Below are positions 1 through 13,362 of a stretch of DNA of 64,000 nt, piece by piece. Every line of letters begins with the position of its first letter. The first letter of the stretch is position 1. This DNA comes from Pecten maximus (taxonomy: Eukaryota), in contig NC_047023.1 in assembly GCF_902652985.1 (NCBI RefSeq), positions 37,820,001 to 37,884,000 on the forward strand, written 5' to 3'. A program made the translations under genes and the position numbers. A model generated the notes under the pieces. It searched no databases. It was not told the origin of the DNA and worked only from the letters and a program-made list of their open reading frames with translations.

Positions 1-519
1 TCTAATAAGAATGACATTTATCAAAGGGAGTATGATTGACTTAATCCATGTTTTGATGAACATGAGACAGTTTCATTAATACCTTTTGATTTGACAGTTA
101 TCATCTTCATACTAACGCTGCATTCAGACGAGTATAAATTTATCATTGTATTGCTGATGAATGAAAAGTGTTGTTGCTAATTAGCTATACACAACCCTCT
201 TGTATCTAGATAGGTTATAATCATTTGAAATATCCTATACATCAGTGCTGTGTCCGGTGTCAAGTGCTTTTTGTGAAGTGATGCTGTTGTTTATCAAAGC
301 ACACTTCCTGAGCATGTCATTGATTCTAAACTCGGCCAGCCTAGCAGCAGGGTGCCCTGGATGTGAATAGAGCTATATAGTCAAAGATGGTGATGGACAC
401 ATTGATTTAGTTAGCTAGTACAATCAGCTTACAGAGTTGTTCCTTATTTTATTCGGTCATACCTCCTCCTTACACAGAGAGTGGTTACCTGTCTTGAGAA
501 AACTTGGAGACCAGTTTTG

Positions 520-600
520 CCCGAGTCCTTATTTAGGATGATATCACCGGGGTCCTTATTTAGGATGATATCGCCCGAGTCCTTATTAAGGAGGATATCT
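520..600. repeat. Short tandem repeat, ~27 bp x3
   Basis: ccgagtccttatttaggatgatat recurs three times. Confidence 0.75.
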
Positions 601-1711
601 CAGATTGGTGGGAAACCAACAGTTCTATCTGTAGCCTAAACATTACAGATGCAATCGTATTCATCAGCAATCACTTCATGTGTTAATTATTCCAAACTGT
701 TGCCATGGTGACCGCTTGACAAGGAATTATGGTCGTTAACAGTTTAGGATAGACTCTACCTCAGGTGTGGCTGTTAGTGTATGGCATTTGTCACCTCTCT
801 TTACCTGAACCTATTTACATAATTTCCCTACTGATGATTGCATGATTATACAGACCATTTTCTGATTGACTTCAAAACTTGCGTGAGGACCATTATGTCA
901 TGCCTAACTTGTTCACAGCACATGGATGTGTGTATATTGTTGGCAGTGTGTCTAAACTAAGGATCTAATGCCTAGCTGCACACCTGATGATTTTATTGGC
1001 TCTTATCCTATATTCATTTCATGATAGCAAAAAAAACATCATTGATTTTAATCTTGCTTTCCTGCACCTCCAATACATAGGAAGCAATGCTTGTAAGCCT
1101 CCCATTGGATTTGTACAACATCATTTCCCTTGATTGGCTGATGTGACTTCAAAGTTGATTAGTGGCCTAAACGACTCCCTCCTGGAGCTCCTAATTGTGT
1201 TAGTAGACGATGTACACTTTAATCATAGAGTACCTTGGAGTCGCTGGTTTACATCGGTACATTGTAGCACATATATCACCTGGAAGAATGATGTTTTAGT
1301 AGACATCATATCAGCTGGAGTTAAAGATAAATACTGAAAGTTTAAGAAACTTAGTGTGTAACCAACAGGAAGGAAAGTAGACATTGGAAGATGAAAGATG
1401 TCATACCCACCAGTGGACTGTAACCTCAGTTGGATCAATACAATCTTACAGGACATTTAGTGGCTAGAGTACCCAGCACCTTACTATTCTTATACTAAAG
1501 GAAAAAAGTGCTGTTCTGTTCAAATTACTGCAATATCAACACATCGGAGACGACCTTTTTAAAGACCTGATTACATGTATAGAGAGGAATCCAATCAAGG
1601 TTTACATGCACTTGAGAAAACAATCATCTTTTAAATGAATAAATTTTGTTCGTGTTGAGAAGAGATTAAACTTACATGTATGTGAAGTAGGAAGTTGACT
1701 AAAGATTCAAG

Positions 1712-1843
1712 ATGAATTCTGAAAACCTAGTCAACGATATGGTGGTGAATCCACTGGATGCCATGAAGAAACGATTTCAACACCTGGGACAGCTGAGTCA
1801 GACGTCCACGGACAGTGAGGAATCCATTTGGGATCACCTGGAG
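1712..1843 (+). CDS. MCTP1: Candidate alternative first coding exon (1a) of the MCTP gene, 44 codons: MNSENLVNDMVVNPLDAMKKRFQHLGQLSQTSTDSEESIWDHLE
   Basis: ATG at 1712 in caagATG context (A at -3); in-frame TAA at 1700; open, coding-like 132 nt ending GAG|GTCAGT, a phase-0 donor matching the phase-0 acceptor at 45398. Too short for the ORF track. The link to MCTP is inferred from strand and phase only. Confidence 0.55.
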
Positions 1844-2149
1844 GTCAGTCAAGTAGGTCAATGTTATTCATAGGTTCCCCATTTACTATTTGACAATGGT
1901 TTTGTTTTAAGTTCCCTTGAATGCATTTTAAGTAAATATTGATGCATACAAAGTTAATATTGTTCATTAATAATGTAAAAGTTTGGTTATGAAGTAAAAC
2001 AAAAGATTGAAGGGTGATAAAGTCAAGGTCAGGTTTAGGTGATGAAGTCATTGAGCTGCTGTGAAAAAAAGAGTGAAAGTAAGGTCATGCAGGGTTCAAA
2101 TGTCTCATGATCAGTCAAGACAGAGTGAAACAACTTGATATCACTTGAG

Positions 2150-3060
2150 TCAAGGTCACGCATTGTATAAATGAAGACATAGTCACACATTGATATCAAT
2201 GAAGACATAATTGGAAGCAAGGTCACACATTAAGATATCACAGAAGACAGTGTCACACATTTAGATATCAATGAAGGCAAGTTCACACATTAAGATATCA
2301 TGGAAGACACTTAGGTCACATGTTAAGATAAAACGGAAGACAAGGTCACACATTAAGATATCATGGAAGCAAGGACACACATTAAGATATCACAGAAGAG
2401 AAGATCACACATTAAGATATCAGTGAAGACAAGGTCACACATTAAGATATCAATGAAGACAAGGTCACACATTAAGATATTAATGAAGACAAGGTCACAC
2501 ATTAAGATATCAATGAAGACACGGTCACACATTAAGATATCATCGAAGGCAAGGTCACACATTAAGATATCATGGAATACACTTAGGTCACATGTTAAGA
2601 TAAAACGGAAGACAAGGTCACACATAAGATTTCATGGAAGCAAGTTCACACATTAAGATATCACAGAAGACAAGGTCACACATTAAGATATCATGGAAAC
2701 AAGGTCACACATTAAGATATCACAGAAGACAAGGTCACACATAAGATATCATGGAAGCAAGGTCACACATTAAGATATCACAGAAGACAAGGTCACACAT
2801 TATGATATCAATGGAACAAGGTCACTAATTAACATATCACAAAAGACAAGGTCACACATAAGACGTCATGGAAACAAGGTCACACATTTAGATAGCACAG
2901 AAGACAAGGTCACACTTTAAGGTATCACAGAACACAAGGTCACATATTAACATTTTTTTTCAATGAAGAGAAAGTCACACATTAAGATGTCACAGAAAAC
3001 AAGGTCACGCATTTTGTTAACAATGAAAACAGAATCACTTATTTTTCTTACAGTTAATGC
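2150..3060. repeat. Minisatellite, ~29-30 bp unit caaggtcacacattaagatatcatggaaga, ~30 copies
   Basis: Tandem units visible directly, with degenerate edges. Explains ORFs 2353-2656 and 2947-3199. Confidence 0.93.
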
Positions 3061-4569
3061 AACTAGGGTCACACACCTTGATTTTAAAGAAGACAGAGTC
3101 ACACATTTTGATATCACTGTACTAAAGGTCAGTGTACATTTAGCTGTCACAATAAAAACAATGACACAAATTAAAATGCACTTTTATTATAGCCATTGAC
3201 CTGTCTCAGTTTCTGTATTTTGGCTTTATGGTGGATTATAAACCACTTTGAGCTCCTCCATAATCCCAAGGCTGAAGTCTGTGATATGATATTAGTCTCT
3301 ATTATGACTGGCCTAGAAGTTGTAGGGACACAAAGTGTGAAGGTGCTGGGCGGAATATCTGATGGTTGCTAATCTCTGAAAAGTTATACATGTATACATT
3401 CAATAACATTATAAACTTAAAATTGCCAGCTGCCATACTCAAGGGACTTCAGGACTCAATTTAATCATTGAGAAGGTGTTTATTGTCACGCTGATCTGTC
3501 AACACAGTATAGTACATGTAGGATGGAATTTTTTTCTGTGTCATTTTTACCACTGGTTTTAGTTCTGTAGAAGGTTTTGTGGCCTATAATCATTGATTAG
3601 TCTACGCTGGAAGTCTTGTTTTTATTGCCTTGGAGGTTGTTTCATGTAACCTTTGGTGTTAAAACCCAGTGTCTCCCATACACAATTTTGTATTTATTTG
3701 ACTCTGGTGCTAAAAAGCCTCAAATGATCCATATTTTTCAAATTTGCATTTTCTTGCATTTTACAATCTGTAAGTAGTTTTTGGTCTTGGACCAGACAAT
3801 CACACACAAAATCTCATATATGAGATGATTGAATTTTGGGTCTAGAACAAAATCTTGTATATTTATAATGCATCACAAGGCAAGAAGTTACAATTGGCAT
3901 AAGACCTTGTCATAGTGGTAAAAATGATTCAAGATATCCAATGGTGACGGAAGATTGCCTGTTGTGCTGGTTATCTAATATAGAATGTTAATCATGCGTT
4001 TATTTTGGTACTAATAAGAGAGTATATCTGTTGTTACTATGTAAATTTAAATTAAGTATTTTCAACTGTTTCCAAGGAAAATTGCCAGAAAATTGTAACA
4101 AGGCAGTGAACAGTCAAAAGTGTTGATTGCCGTGGGACATCTGAATACTCAAAGCATTCAAATGATTATGATGAAACATCTTTATGATCATGATTGCCAA
4201 CATCTGTTTCAGGTCAGTTTCAGGATATGATGAGGGTCTTCTGGACCTGATTTTTTAAATGGCTTAAATTTGATTATTTTGGATTATTCGGGTCAACAAA
4301 ACAGTTCTCTCATTCAATCAATATCAGTCATTGCACCCTTGGGTTTACTCATTGCTTCGGTCCCAACACCTTGGGGTAAAATAACTTTTACTGTTGACTA
4401 ATAAGATATAAAACAACTGTATATTATTTATCACAAAAAACAAAGTATCTGTGTTTAATAGTCATCTTAGAAGTATCATTAATAAAGTATAACCCCAAGA
4501 ATCAAACTAGACAAATGGAGGGTAATTAGCTTGACAATTATTTATAGAAACTTACAGGACGATAAACTT

Positions 4570-5160
4570 CTGGGAAAAGGGACTGATGAAGTCTCAGAAA
4601 GGGGCTGCTATTTGGTTTGTGGAAAAGGACTATTGGCAGTCTTGGAGGAAAAGGGCTAATAAAAGCCCTGCCAATCTCAGAAAGGGGTTGATATTCAGTC
4701 TGTGGAAAAGGCCTGCCAATCTCAGAAAGGGGCTGATATTCAGTTTGTGGAAAAGGCCTGCCAATCTCAGAAAGAGGCTGATATTCAGTCTGGGGAAAAG
4801 GGCTGATGGCAGTATTAGGAAAGGGACTAATATGGCCTGTCCTGGTAGAAGGGCAGATCGCCAGTCTTTGTGATAGGACTGATGACCAATCTGGGAAAAG
4901 GGCTGACATTCTGTCTGGGGAAAAGTCTTGGGAAAGGGGCTGGTGGCAGTTTCAGAAAAGGGTTGATATTCAGCCTGTGGAAAAGGACAAATGCCAGTTT
5001 TGGGAAAGGGGTTGGTATTCAGCCTAGGGAAAAGGTGCTGATGGTGATCTCAGGAAGGGACTGATAGTCAGTCACAGGAAAAGGACTGATGACAGTTTTG
5101 GGAAAGGGGCTGATATTCAGTCTGGTAAAAAGGTGCTGATAGCAGTCTCAGGAAGAGGAC
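4570..5160. repeat. Degenerate purine-rich tandem repeat (gaaaaggg(g)ctgatattcagtctg-like subunits)
   Basis: Repeated GAAA(A)GGGCTGAT motifs; a near-identical 45-bp block occurs three times at ~4668-4800. Confidence 0.8.
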
Positions 5161-6434
5161 TAACATTGCCTGTCTGAGGAGAACGGTTGCTAGCCAGACT
5201 TTGTTATAATTAAGAGCTGATGACCATTCTTTGGAAATTGCTAATGGCCAGCCATAATAAATAGGCTCCAATAGCCAAAGGAAACTTGTTAATTCAGATC
5301 ATATCCATAAACTGGAATGAGAACAGGTTTCTCCTCAATAACTACACAAGGAAATATAAATCTTAACGAAAACCAATTTGCATTATTTATTGATCATGGT
5401 GTATTCTCTATTGAACCAAGGAAATTGAATCAATAACTTAATGATCCTTGAGTGTGTCGGATTCATAGGTAAGGAAGTGTCATTCAGCCTGGCTAGTCAT
5501 ACAATCAGTTACAAATCTCCAAACTTATCCATCGGGAAACACAGAGCAGCCCAGACACCACAGCATCGACAATGTTAACCGAGGTCATAGGTCAATAAGG
5601 TCATAGTTTACAGGCTTGGACCCTTATTGGATATTTAGCTGTGTGTTAAGATATATAAATGATGCCTGTTCTTTCCAATAAATTAGTTAAATAAAAGCAT
5701 ATACTGGTAAAACAAATTAAAACAAATATTGAAAACAATAATTAAATCAACGTCAAAAGTGAAAGTAAAGGTAAAATATGAGTCATGTATATACTGGGTG
5801 AGAGAATTAAAGTATCAGATGATCCTCATCAGTAAAAAGGCCAACAAGTAAATGGGAAATGTTGATAATGTTGTATTGCAGTCCAACATTACGATTCTGA
5901 TCCTGCTTCAACAGATCTCTTGTAACTCGCTATGACAGGGCTATTTTTGTGTAAGGGAAAGCATTGATTACTGTATGTATAGATACAGCCAATCATTGGG
6001 TATCAAGTCAGAATTTATGAAGACCAGAGATATGAGTAATCACATAGGCTTAAAATAGTGATGTTGAAGACTTGCTGTTTGTACCAAAGGTTTTCGTTGA
6101 ACATGCACATACTTTCTTTTTAAAAAGATATAAAAAAAATCTTGAGGTTTCTTCCTGCATCTGCAGATCATTGCAAAAAATGGTGTTGTAGATGTGTTTC
6201 AGCTAAATCTCATAACCTGCTATGAAGTGGAAGCTTGTTCATTTTACAGAAAGGTTAGACTAAACATGTTTTTAAAAAAAAGAGAATTTACCAATGATGG
6301 GTGGTTTGTGTCCCCATAGACATTACACAGAGTGTTTATATGTTTACTGCTGTTGGTATTGATTTGGGTTTTCTTGCCCGGGATCTCGGCATCAACTACA
6401 CATTTTTTGCTAAAATTTTTGTGGCTACAAAACT

Positions 6435-6588
6435 CATCTGTTTCTGTGTGGTATATACCTTAAACAAAACCCATCTGTTTCTGTGTGGTATATACCTTAA
6501 ACAAAACCCATCTGTTTCTGTGTAGTATATACCTTAAACAAAACCCATCTGTTTCTGTGTGGTATATACCTTAAACAAAACCCATCTC
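6435..6588. repeat. Tandem repeat, 37 bp x4
   Basis: catctgtttctgtgtggtatataccttaaacaaaacc starts at 6435, 6472 and onward. Confidence 0.92.
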
Positions 6589-7057
6589 TGTTGTATAAGT
6601 TCTACAAAGTGTAGACAATTTTGAATCTAAAAATGATAAAGATGTCCAGTGTGTCATGTAGATAAATTGCTGAGGCAGTCATGCAAATTGTAATTTCTAT
6701 AGTTAAACGTGAGCACAATCTACATGGAAGGCCTACTTAATTGTCCTTTTAGGTAATATATGTATATAATCCATGTATTGCCATTTTCTGGATATATCGT
6801 AAAGTGCATATGACAGAAAGATTTCAGTGCACAGGGATAATATTTGTGTTCAATGCTTTCGGCTGACGAGATGACATAACAAACTTGTCCGTTGCAATTT
6901 CAGATCACATAAAATCATATGCAATAGGGAATAAAAGGGCTTACAGAAAAGAGACGAATGGGGTTTAACTGGCACTTAAAATGTCAGTTTTGATCTATGA
7001 GTATTTTCACTTTATGTAAAGGATAGACCGACACAAGATATCCAGGGATATAGTTTG

Positions 7058-7530
7058 TCAGTAGAGGAAAAACAGCCAGCGGAGATGTGGTGCCTCGACT
7101 CAGAGACAGTAGAGGAAAAACACCCAGTGGGGTGTGGTGACTCAGAGACAGTAGAGGAAAAACAGCCAGCGGAGACGTGGTGCCTTGACTCAGAGACAGT
7201 AGAGGAAAAACACCCAGTGGAGATGTGGTGACTCAAAGACAGTAGAGGAAAAACACCCAGCGGAGATGTGGCGACTCAGAGACAGTAGAGGAAAAACACC
7301 CAGCGGAGATGTGGCGACTCTGAGACAGTAGAGGAAAAACACCCAGCGGAGATGTTGTGACTCAGAGACAGTAGAGAAAAAACACCCAGTGGAGGTGTGG
7401 TGACTCAGAGACAGTAGAGGAAAAATACCCAGTGGAGATGTGGTGACTCAAAGACAGTAGAGGAAAAATACCCAGCGGAGATGTGGTGACTCAGAGACAG
7501 TAGAGGAAAAACACCCAGCGGAGATGTGGC
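7058..7530. repeat. Minisatellite, 43 bp (some 48 bp), ~11 copies
   Basis: Unit cagtagaggaaaaacacccagcggagatgtggtgactcagaga. Confidence 0.93.
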
Positions 7531-8179
7531 AACCAATGCACACACAAAATATAGCCTTGTATTTCTGTCTCCAGTCTGGGTGGATTTAATGTACAGACTG
7601 ATATACACCATAAGTCATATCAGCTTTGGAGCTTGGGCAGGAATACATATATATTTTGTAGATAATTTTTTAAATGTTTAAACAGTACTGCTCTTCCTGT
7701 TTAAGGTCTGTGATACAATTGATGACTTAAGTTCTTCATGGTATTACATCCATACACAAATATATACATGGAATATATTTCCCTTGCAGGTTGCAGCATG
7801 CCAATGTTTGTGTTTTTTTGTTTTTTTTGTTGCAAACAGTTGCTTGTAGAATGAAAACAGTCGTTATTTCACACTCAATCAACCAGAAGTTTTTTTACAC
7901 CTTTCCTATTTCATGGAAGGTGAGAAGGGACATATGATGTTGTCCATCTAGTCCTGACACACAGTATTTGTTGCTCTAGCAAACTGACCATTCTATGAGA
8001 ATACCATATTCCTGTGTTTGGACTTTGTCATTTTCATCAATATTAAAAAGCTGTGGCTGCTTAATTCTTTGAAAGTAAATTTGCTGAAATTTGGCTAGTT
8101 TACAGTGTATATACAGCACAATTAAATTATGACAAAGTTAGAGATTCAGAACACAAGCTGTTTCCTTGGGCGTAAAATG

Positions 8180-8830
8180 TTTTTAGCTATCCTTGCCGAC
8201 GTCGGCGAGGATAAATTTATTCAGAACTCTTGGGGGAATCATGTTGCTTATTGGGGTGTTCCTCCGTCCATCAACACTTTCATTTCTGTGCAATAACTTG
8301 AGTTTCCTTTGGCCAAACAAAAGCTTCAAACAGTGCTTTCTTATTGAAAATGCTTGCTTTAGATTGCTTTTCTGTTTCAAAGGCCAAAGGTCAAGGTCAC
8401 TGTTGCTAAATATAGAAAAGCAGTTTCCATGTAATAACTTCAGTTTGCTTTTACCAATCAAACTGATACTTCAAAACGATCCACCTCAAATTTCACAGAG
8501 TGCTTTCTTATTGGAAGTGCTTGCTTGGGATTGCTTTTCAGCTTCAAAGTTCAAAGGTGGAGGTCACTGTAACTATAAAAAAAAATCAATTTCCAGCAAT
8601 AACTTTCCTTGCATCAATGTAACTCAAATCTCATACAGTGCTTCCTTACAGAGCTTGCTTAGAATTGCATTTCAGTGCCAGAATTCAAAGGTCAAGGTTA
8701 CTGTTTTGTCAATCAAACTGATTCTTCATAAAATGCTTCTTTCTGAAAGTGCTTGCTTGCAATTACTTTTAAGCATTGAAGGTTAAAGCTCAAGGTCACT
8801 TTAACTTTAGATAGAAATCAAGTGTTCACA
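8180..8830 (+). mobile_element. Degraded Helentron-associated (HINE/DINE-1-like) non-autonomous element
   Basis: TTTTTAGCT start; palindrome TATCCTTGCCGACGTCGGCGAGGATA (8188-8213); short CCGTCC tract; degenerate internal repeats (gcttgctt...aaggtcaaggtcactg). The 3' end is not resolved and may extend to ~9390. Confidence 0.55.
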
Positions 8831-8916
8831 GGTATAAGCTCCATATTATACTGTCATAAATGTATTAGTTATTATGTGTTTTATTGGCTTTCATGGCAGA
8901 GTGTACTTCAGGTTTG

Positions 8917-8970
8917 GCCGTCCTTAAATGACCTTAGCTGTTAATGGGACGTTAAACAAAATAAACCAAA
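8917..8970 (+). mobile_element. 5'-truncated retroposon (SINE/LINE 3' tail) with 13-bp target-site duplication
   Basis: TACTTCAGGTTTG flanks the insert exactly at 8904-8916 and 8971-8983; the insert ends in an A-rich tail, gttaaacaaaataaaccaaa. Confidence 0.8.
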
Positions 8971-9596
8971 TACTTCAGGTTTGTCAATCATCTGTCAATC
9001 TGACTGACCATCCAGACTTTCGACTTTAATGTTTTTCGTGCTGATTTTCATTGAAACTTAACAAGTTGTTACACTGATGTGCAGATGTGCAATAGAGGTT
9101 TAAATAATACAGAAGAGAAAGGTTACTAAAAATACAACCCATAATATACTGTCAAAAAGTATCATCTAAGGCCCTGTACAGAAGTTTAAACTTTTGGAAA
9201 TTTTGCATGATAATACAATGTGAAATGCTGATGCACATAATGGGTGTAAAAACTTCCTTAAGGTCAAGATCAAGGTCTCGTTTACTAAAAATATAACTAG
9301 GATATACTTTAAAGTACATCATGTAAGGCCCATACAGAAGGAAACTGAAATACAGATGTGCACAGTCTCCTTCAGCCAAGTATTTGTTTATGGTTAAGTA
9401 ATCTGATTCAAGCTTTTACATGCTTGAAAATATCAAGAACATTTAAATCATAGAAAATGACCTGCTTAATCATTGAGTATTCCAAATTATTTTTTTGCGC
9501 AAATTATTATGCTTGCTTACTGGTTTGTGCAAAAGATCAAATATATAATCATGATACAGATCAATTAATATTTGGAGAGAAAAAACCCTGTTAATT

Positions 9597-9825
9597 GTAA
9601 ACTTTATTTATTTTACAACATTTGCGAAACAAGTTATATTAACTTATATTAATCACGCTTGTTGGCCCGGATGGAAGCACACGAGGGGTCTTAATGTGGG
9701 AGGAAATCGTAGTACCCGGGGAAAACCAACATGGTCAGGTATGTGACCCCATACCTCTTCACGTCCGATCGGGGAATTGAACCCCGGCCGCCTAGGTGAA
9801 AGGCACTGTGCCACCCGACCACCCA
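9597..9825 (-). mobile_element. tRNA-derived SINE with V-domain-like core
   Basis: Minus strand shows an A-box-like GGTGGCACAGTG, B-box GGTTCAATTCCC, core GGTTTTCCCCGGGTACTACGATTTCCTCCCAC (resembles the V-SINE central domain) and an AATAAA-rich tail; GTTAATT flanks both sides (9590-9596, 9826-9832). Confidence 0.8.
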
Positions 9826-11284
9826 GTTAATTAAATGCATGACTTTAAAAACTTAAAAACCAAGATGTTCTGGGACAATAATTCACTGGAATATTATATA
9901 TGCAATGTGATCTATCAAGAAACATGACAGACATTTTAAACACCAAGAATCTATCTAAGAATTAAACTGAATGATAGTATGCCAATTCAAGTGAACTTTA
10001 AAAAAGTGATTCTGCGTCTTTCAGCAAAACGTTGACACAACCACAAGCTTTTAATAGTAATAAGATTCCTTAGAGGAGTGGCCTTGACACTTAAGTTTTA
10101 ATTTGATAAATTAATTTTGAGCATTGACAAGAACTTGCTCCTATAAGCTTTTGTGATTTTCTAACTATTTTGAAATTTCACACAAATCTTAATTCAGTAA
10201 GTTATTATGCACATGTTTTTTCAATTGAATGTTTTCTTTTTTAATTTTAAGTTGTTTTGCTACTCTGTCGTTAATGGGGAAAGTGGGCAATGTTAATTCT
10301 GTGGAATTTTTGTATAATTTAAAAAATATACGATAAGATCACCATGAAACAAGCATTTGGAAATGTTGTTTAATTAATATGTCAAAAGGAGGTAAATGAT
10401 AGTGTGATTTTCTAAGATTTGAAATTTTGACAACACATGCCATAATGTTTTGTAGTACAGTATATGAGGCAGTGTAAAGTAGCCAGTTTAGTAATTTATA
10501 TAGTTTACCTATACAAAGGGGGGCAACTGCAATGGTCTTAGATGTTCATCTACTATCATATGTACGTAATGAAAACTCAAACTCCTAATTCAGCTGATAG
10601 GGCTGGTAATTGAAAGACAGATGGGTGGATGTGGATCATGGGAAAGCTTTAAACATACTTTAGTATCTACACATGGAGGGGTATATACATATAGATTAAA
10701 TTGGGGGGAAGGGGACTTTTATAATAAAGAGATAAAACATGAAGATAGGTGCATGATTTCATCCTTATCTTTGAGTTTGGAAAAAATGTTCAAACCAGCT
10801 GTTAAAATAAAATGTGTAGATCGGCAGAAATTCAAAAGCAGCTGTTAAAATAGAACGTTTATTTAGGTAGGAATTTGAAGCCAGCTGTTGTAATACCAAG
10901 TCTAGGCATGATACATATAAACCTGGAAAAATCACTAGCCAATATATATCTCTCTGTATGATTTATAGATTCAGAACAGTGTCCATTATATCAAATCCAA
11001 TTCTATCAGTGTGAAGTTACTCGCCTGACACTGATGGAAAGAGTTAAGAAGATGGTTCACTAATTGTGAAGATTTCTTTGTTACATAATTTGATGAATGA
11101 TTGTATTTATTCTTACAGGTTTATAGTTTTGCTATACAATTGTGTTCTTACAGGTTTATAGTTTTGCTATACAATTGTCGCAGTCTTTCAGATAGATTAA
11201 GACACTTCTTATTTGTTGTAACATTTGCCTGTTTTTCTGTAGTATTTACGTGTCACTTGATGTCATAAGTTTTTCATTTTTATA

Positions 11285-11710
11285 TTTTTATGCCCCCACT
11301 ATGAAATGGGGATTGGGCGGGGGGGGGGCATATACTGTTACCCATGTCCGTCCTGTCCCGTCCCCTTCCCCTCCCCTCCCGTCCCAATGCAATGTAACTA
11401 GCTAATCTCAGGAACTTCTAATGTGATCCTCACCAACTGTGGGTGTCAAGTGGTAGCAGAGGGGAAGTTATGTCTTACAGGCATTTTCAAGTCTTTTTTT
11501 TTTTTTTAATTTTTGCCAGAAGTGCTCTATGTTTGATCCCAATTTTACATTAAGTATGCTGATCATAATGACCTTCATTTCTATGTAGAGAGGATAATGA
11601 GGTCTGTCAATGTGACCCACTTTTCCATGTGGAAGAAGTAAATAGGTCATTGTGACCTAGTTGGTATGTGGAGGTATGAATAGGTCAGTACATAATTATC
11701 TACTTTAGTA
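11285..11710 (+). mobile_element. Probable Helentron-type non-autonomous element remnant
   Basis: TTTTTATGCCCCC...GGGGGCATA hairpin start followed by a GTCC/CCCGT microsatellite; 3' end uncertain. Confidence 0.5.
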
Positions 11711-11717
11711 CAGCATT

Positions 11718-13362
11718 AAATGTCAAAATTCCAACTATACACATGAACTGATAACCTCTTAATATGTCAGAATTCCTACCCCAGATAGTCACTGATACAT
11801 ACCTCTAAATATGTCAGAATTCCTACCCCAGATAGACACTGATAAATACCCCTAGATATGTCAGAATTCCTACCCCAGATAGGCACTGATATATACCCCT
11901 AAATATGTCAGAATTCCTACCCCAGATAGACACTGATATATACCTCTAAATATGTCAGAATTTCTACCCCAGATAGGCACTGATACATACCTCTAAATAC
12001 GTCAGAATTCCTACCCCAGATAGGCACTGATAACCTCTAAATATGTCAGAATTCCTACCCCAGACAGGCACTGATACATACCTCTAAATATGTCAGAATT
12101 CCTACCCCAGACAGACACTGATACATACCTCTAAATATGTCAGAATTCCTACCCCAGATAGGCACTGATACATAGCTCTAAATATGTCAGAATTCCTACC
12201 CCAGATAGACACTGATACATACCTCTAAATACGTCAGAATTCCTACCCCAGATAGACACTGATACATACCTCTAAATACGTCAGAATTCCTACCCCAGAT
12301 AGTCACTGATACATACCTCTAAATACGTCAGAATTCCTACCCCAGATAGACACTGATACATACCTCTAAATACGTCAGAATTCCTACCCCAGATAGGCAC
12401 TGATACATACCTCTAAATATGTCAGAATTCCTACCCCAGATAGTCACTGATACATACCTCTAAATATGTCAGAATTCCTACCCCAGATAGGCACTGATAC
12501 ATACCCCTAAATATGTCAGAATTCCTACCCCAGACAGACACTGATACATACCTCTAAATATGTCAGAATTCCTACCCCAGATAGTCACTGATACATACCT
12601 CTAAATATGTCAGAATTCCTACCCCAGATAGGCACTGATACATACCTCTAAATATGTCAGAATTCCTACCCCAGATAGACACTGATACATACCCCTAAAT
12701 ATGTCAGAATTCCTACCCCAGATAGTCACTGATACATACCTCTAAATATGTCAGAATTCCTACCCCAGACAGGCACTGATACATACCTCTAAATATGTCA
12801 GAATTCCTACCCCAGATAGTCACTGATACATACCTCTAAATATGTCAGAATTCCTACCCCAGATAGACACTGATACATACCCCTAAATATGTCAGAATTC
12901 CTACCCCAGATAAGCACTGATACATACCTCTAAATATGTCAGAATTCCTACCCCAGATAGACACTGATACATACCCCTAAATATGTCAGAATTCCTACCC
13001 CAGATAGGCACTGACACATACCTCTTAATATGTCAGAATTCCTACCCCAGATAGGCACTGATACATACCTCTTAATATGTCAGAATTCCTACCCCAGATA
13101 GTCACTGATAACCTCTAAATATGTCAGAATTCCTACCCCAGATAGGCACTGATACATAGCTCTAAATATGTCAGAATTCCTACCTCAGATAGTCACTGAT
13201 ACATACCTCTAAATATGTCAGAATTCCTACCCCAGATAGTCACTGATACATACCTCTAAATATGTCAGAATTCCTACCCCAGATAGTCACTGATACATAC
13301 CTCTAAATATGTCAGAATTCCTACCCCAGATAGTCACTGATACATACCTCTAAATATGTCAG
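11718..13362. repeat. Minisatellite, 47 bp, ~34 copies
   Basis: Unit ctgatacatacctctaaatatgtcagaattcctaccccagatag(t/g/a)ca, highly homogeneous; degenerate precursor unit at 11718. Confidence 0.97.

Noticed and set aside
8193-8786. 197-aa ORF
   Set aside because: Lies in a degenerate non-autonomous element; no recognisable domain; non-ATG start.
9770-9825. tRNA gene on the minus strand
   Set aside because: Only A/B-box remnants without a full cloverleaf, continuing into a SINE body.
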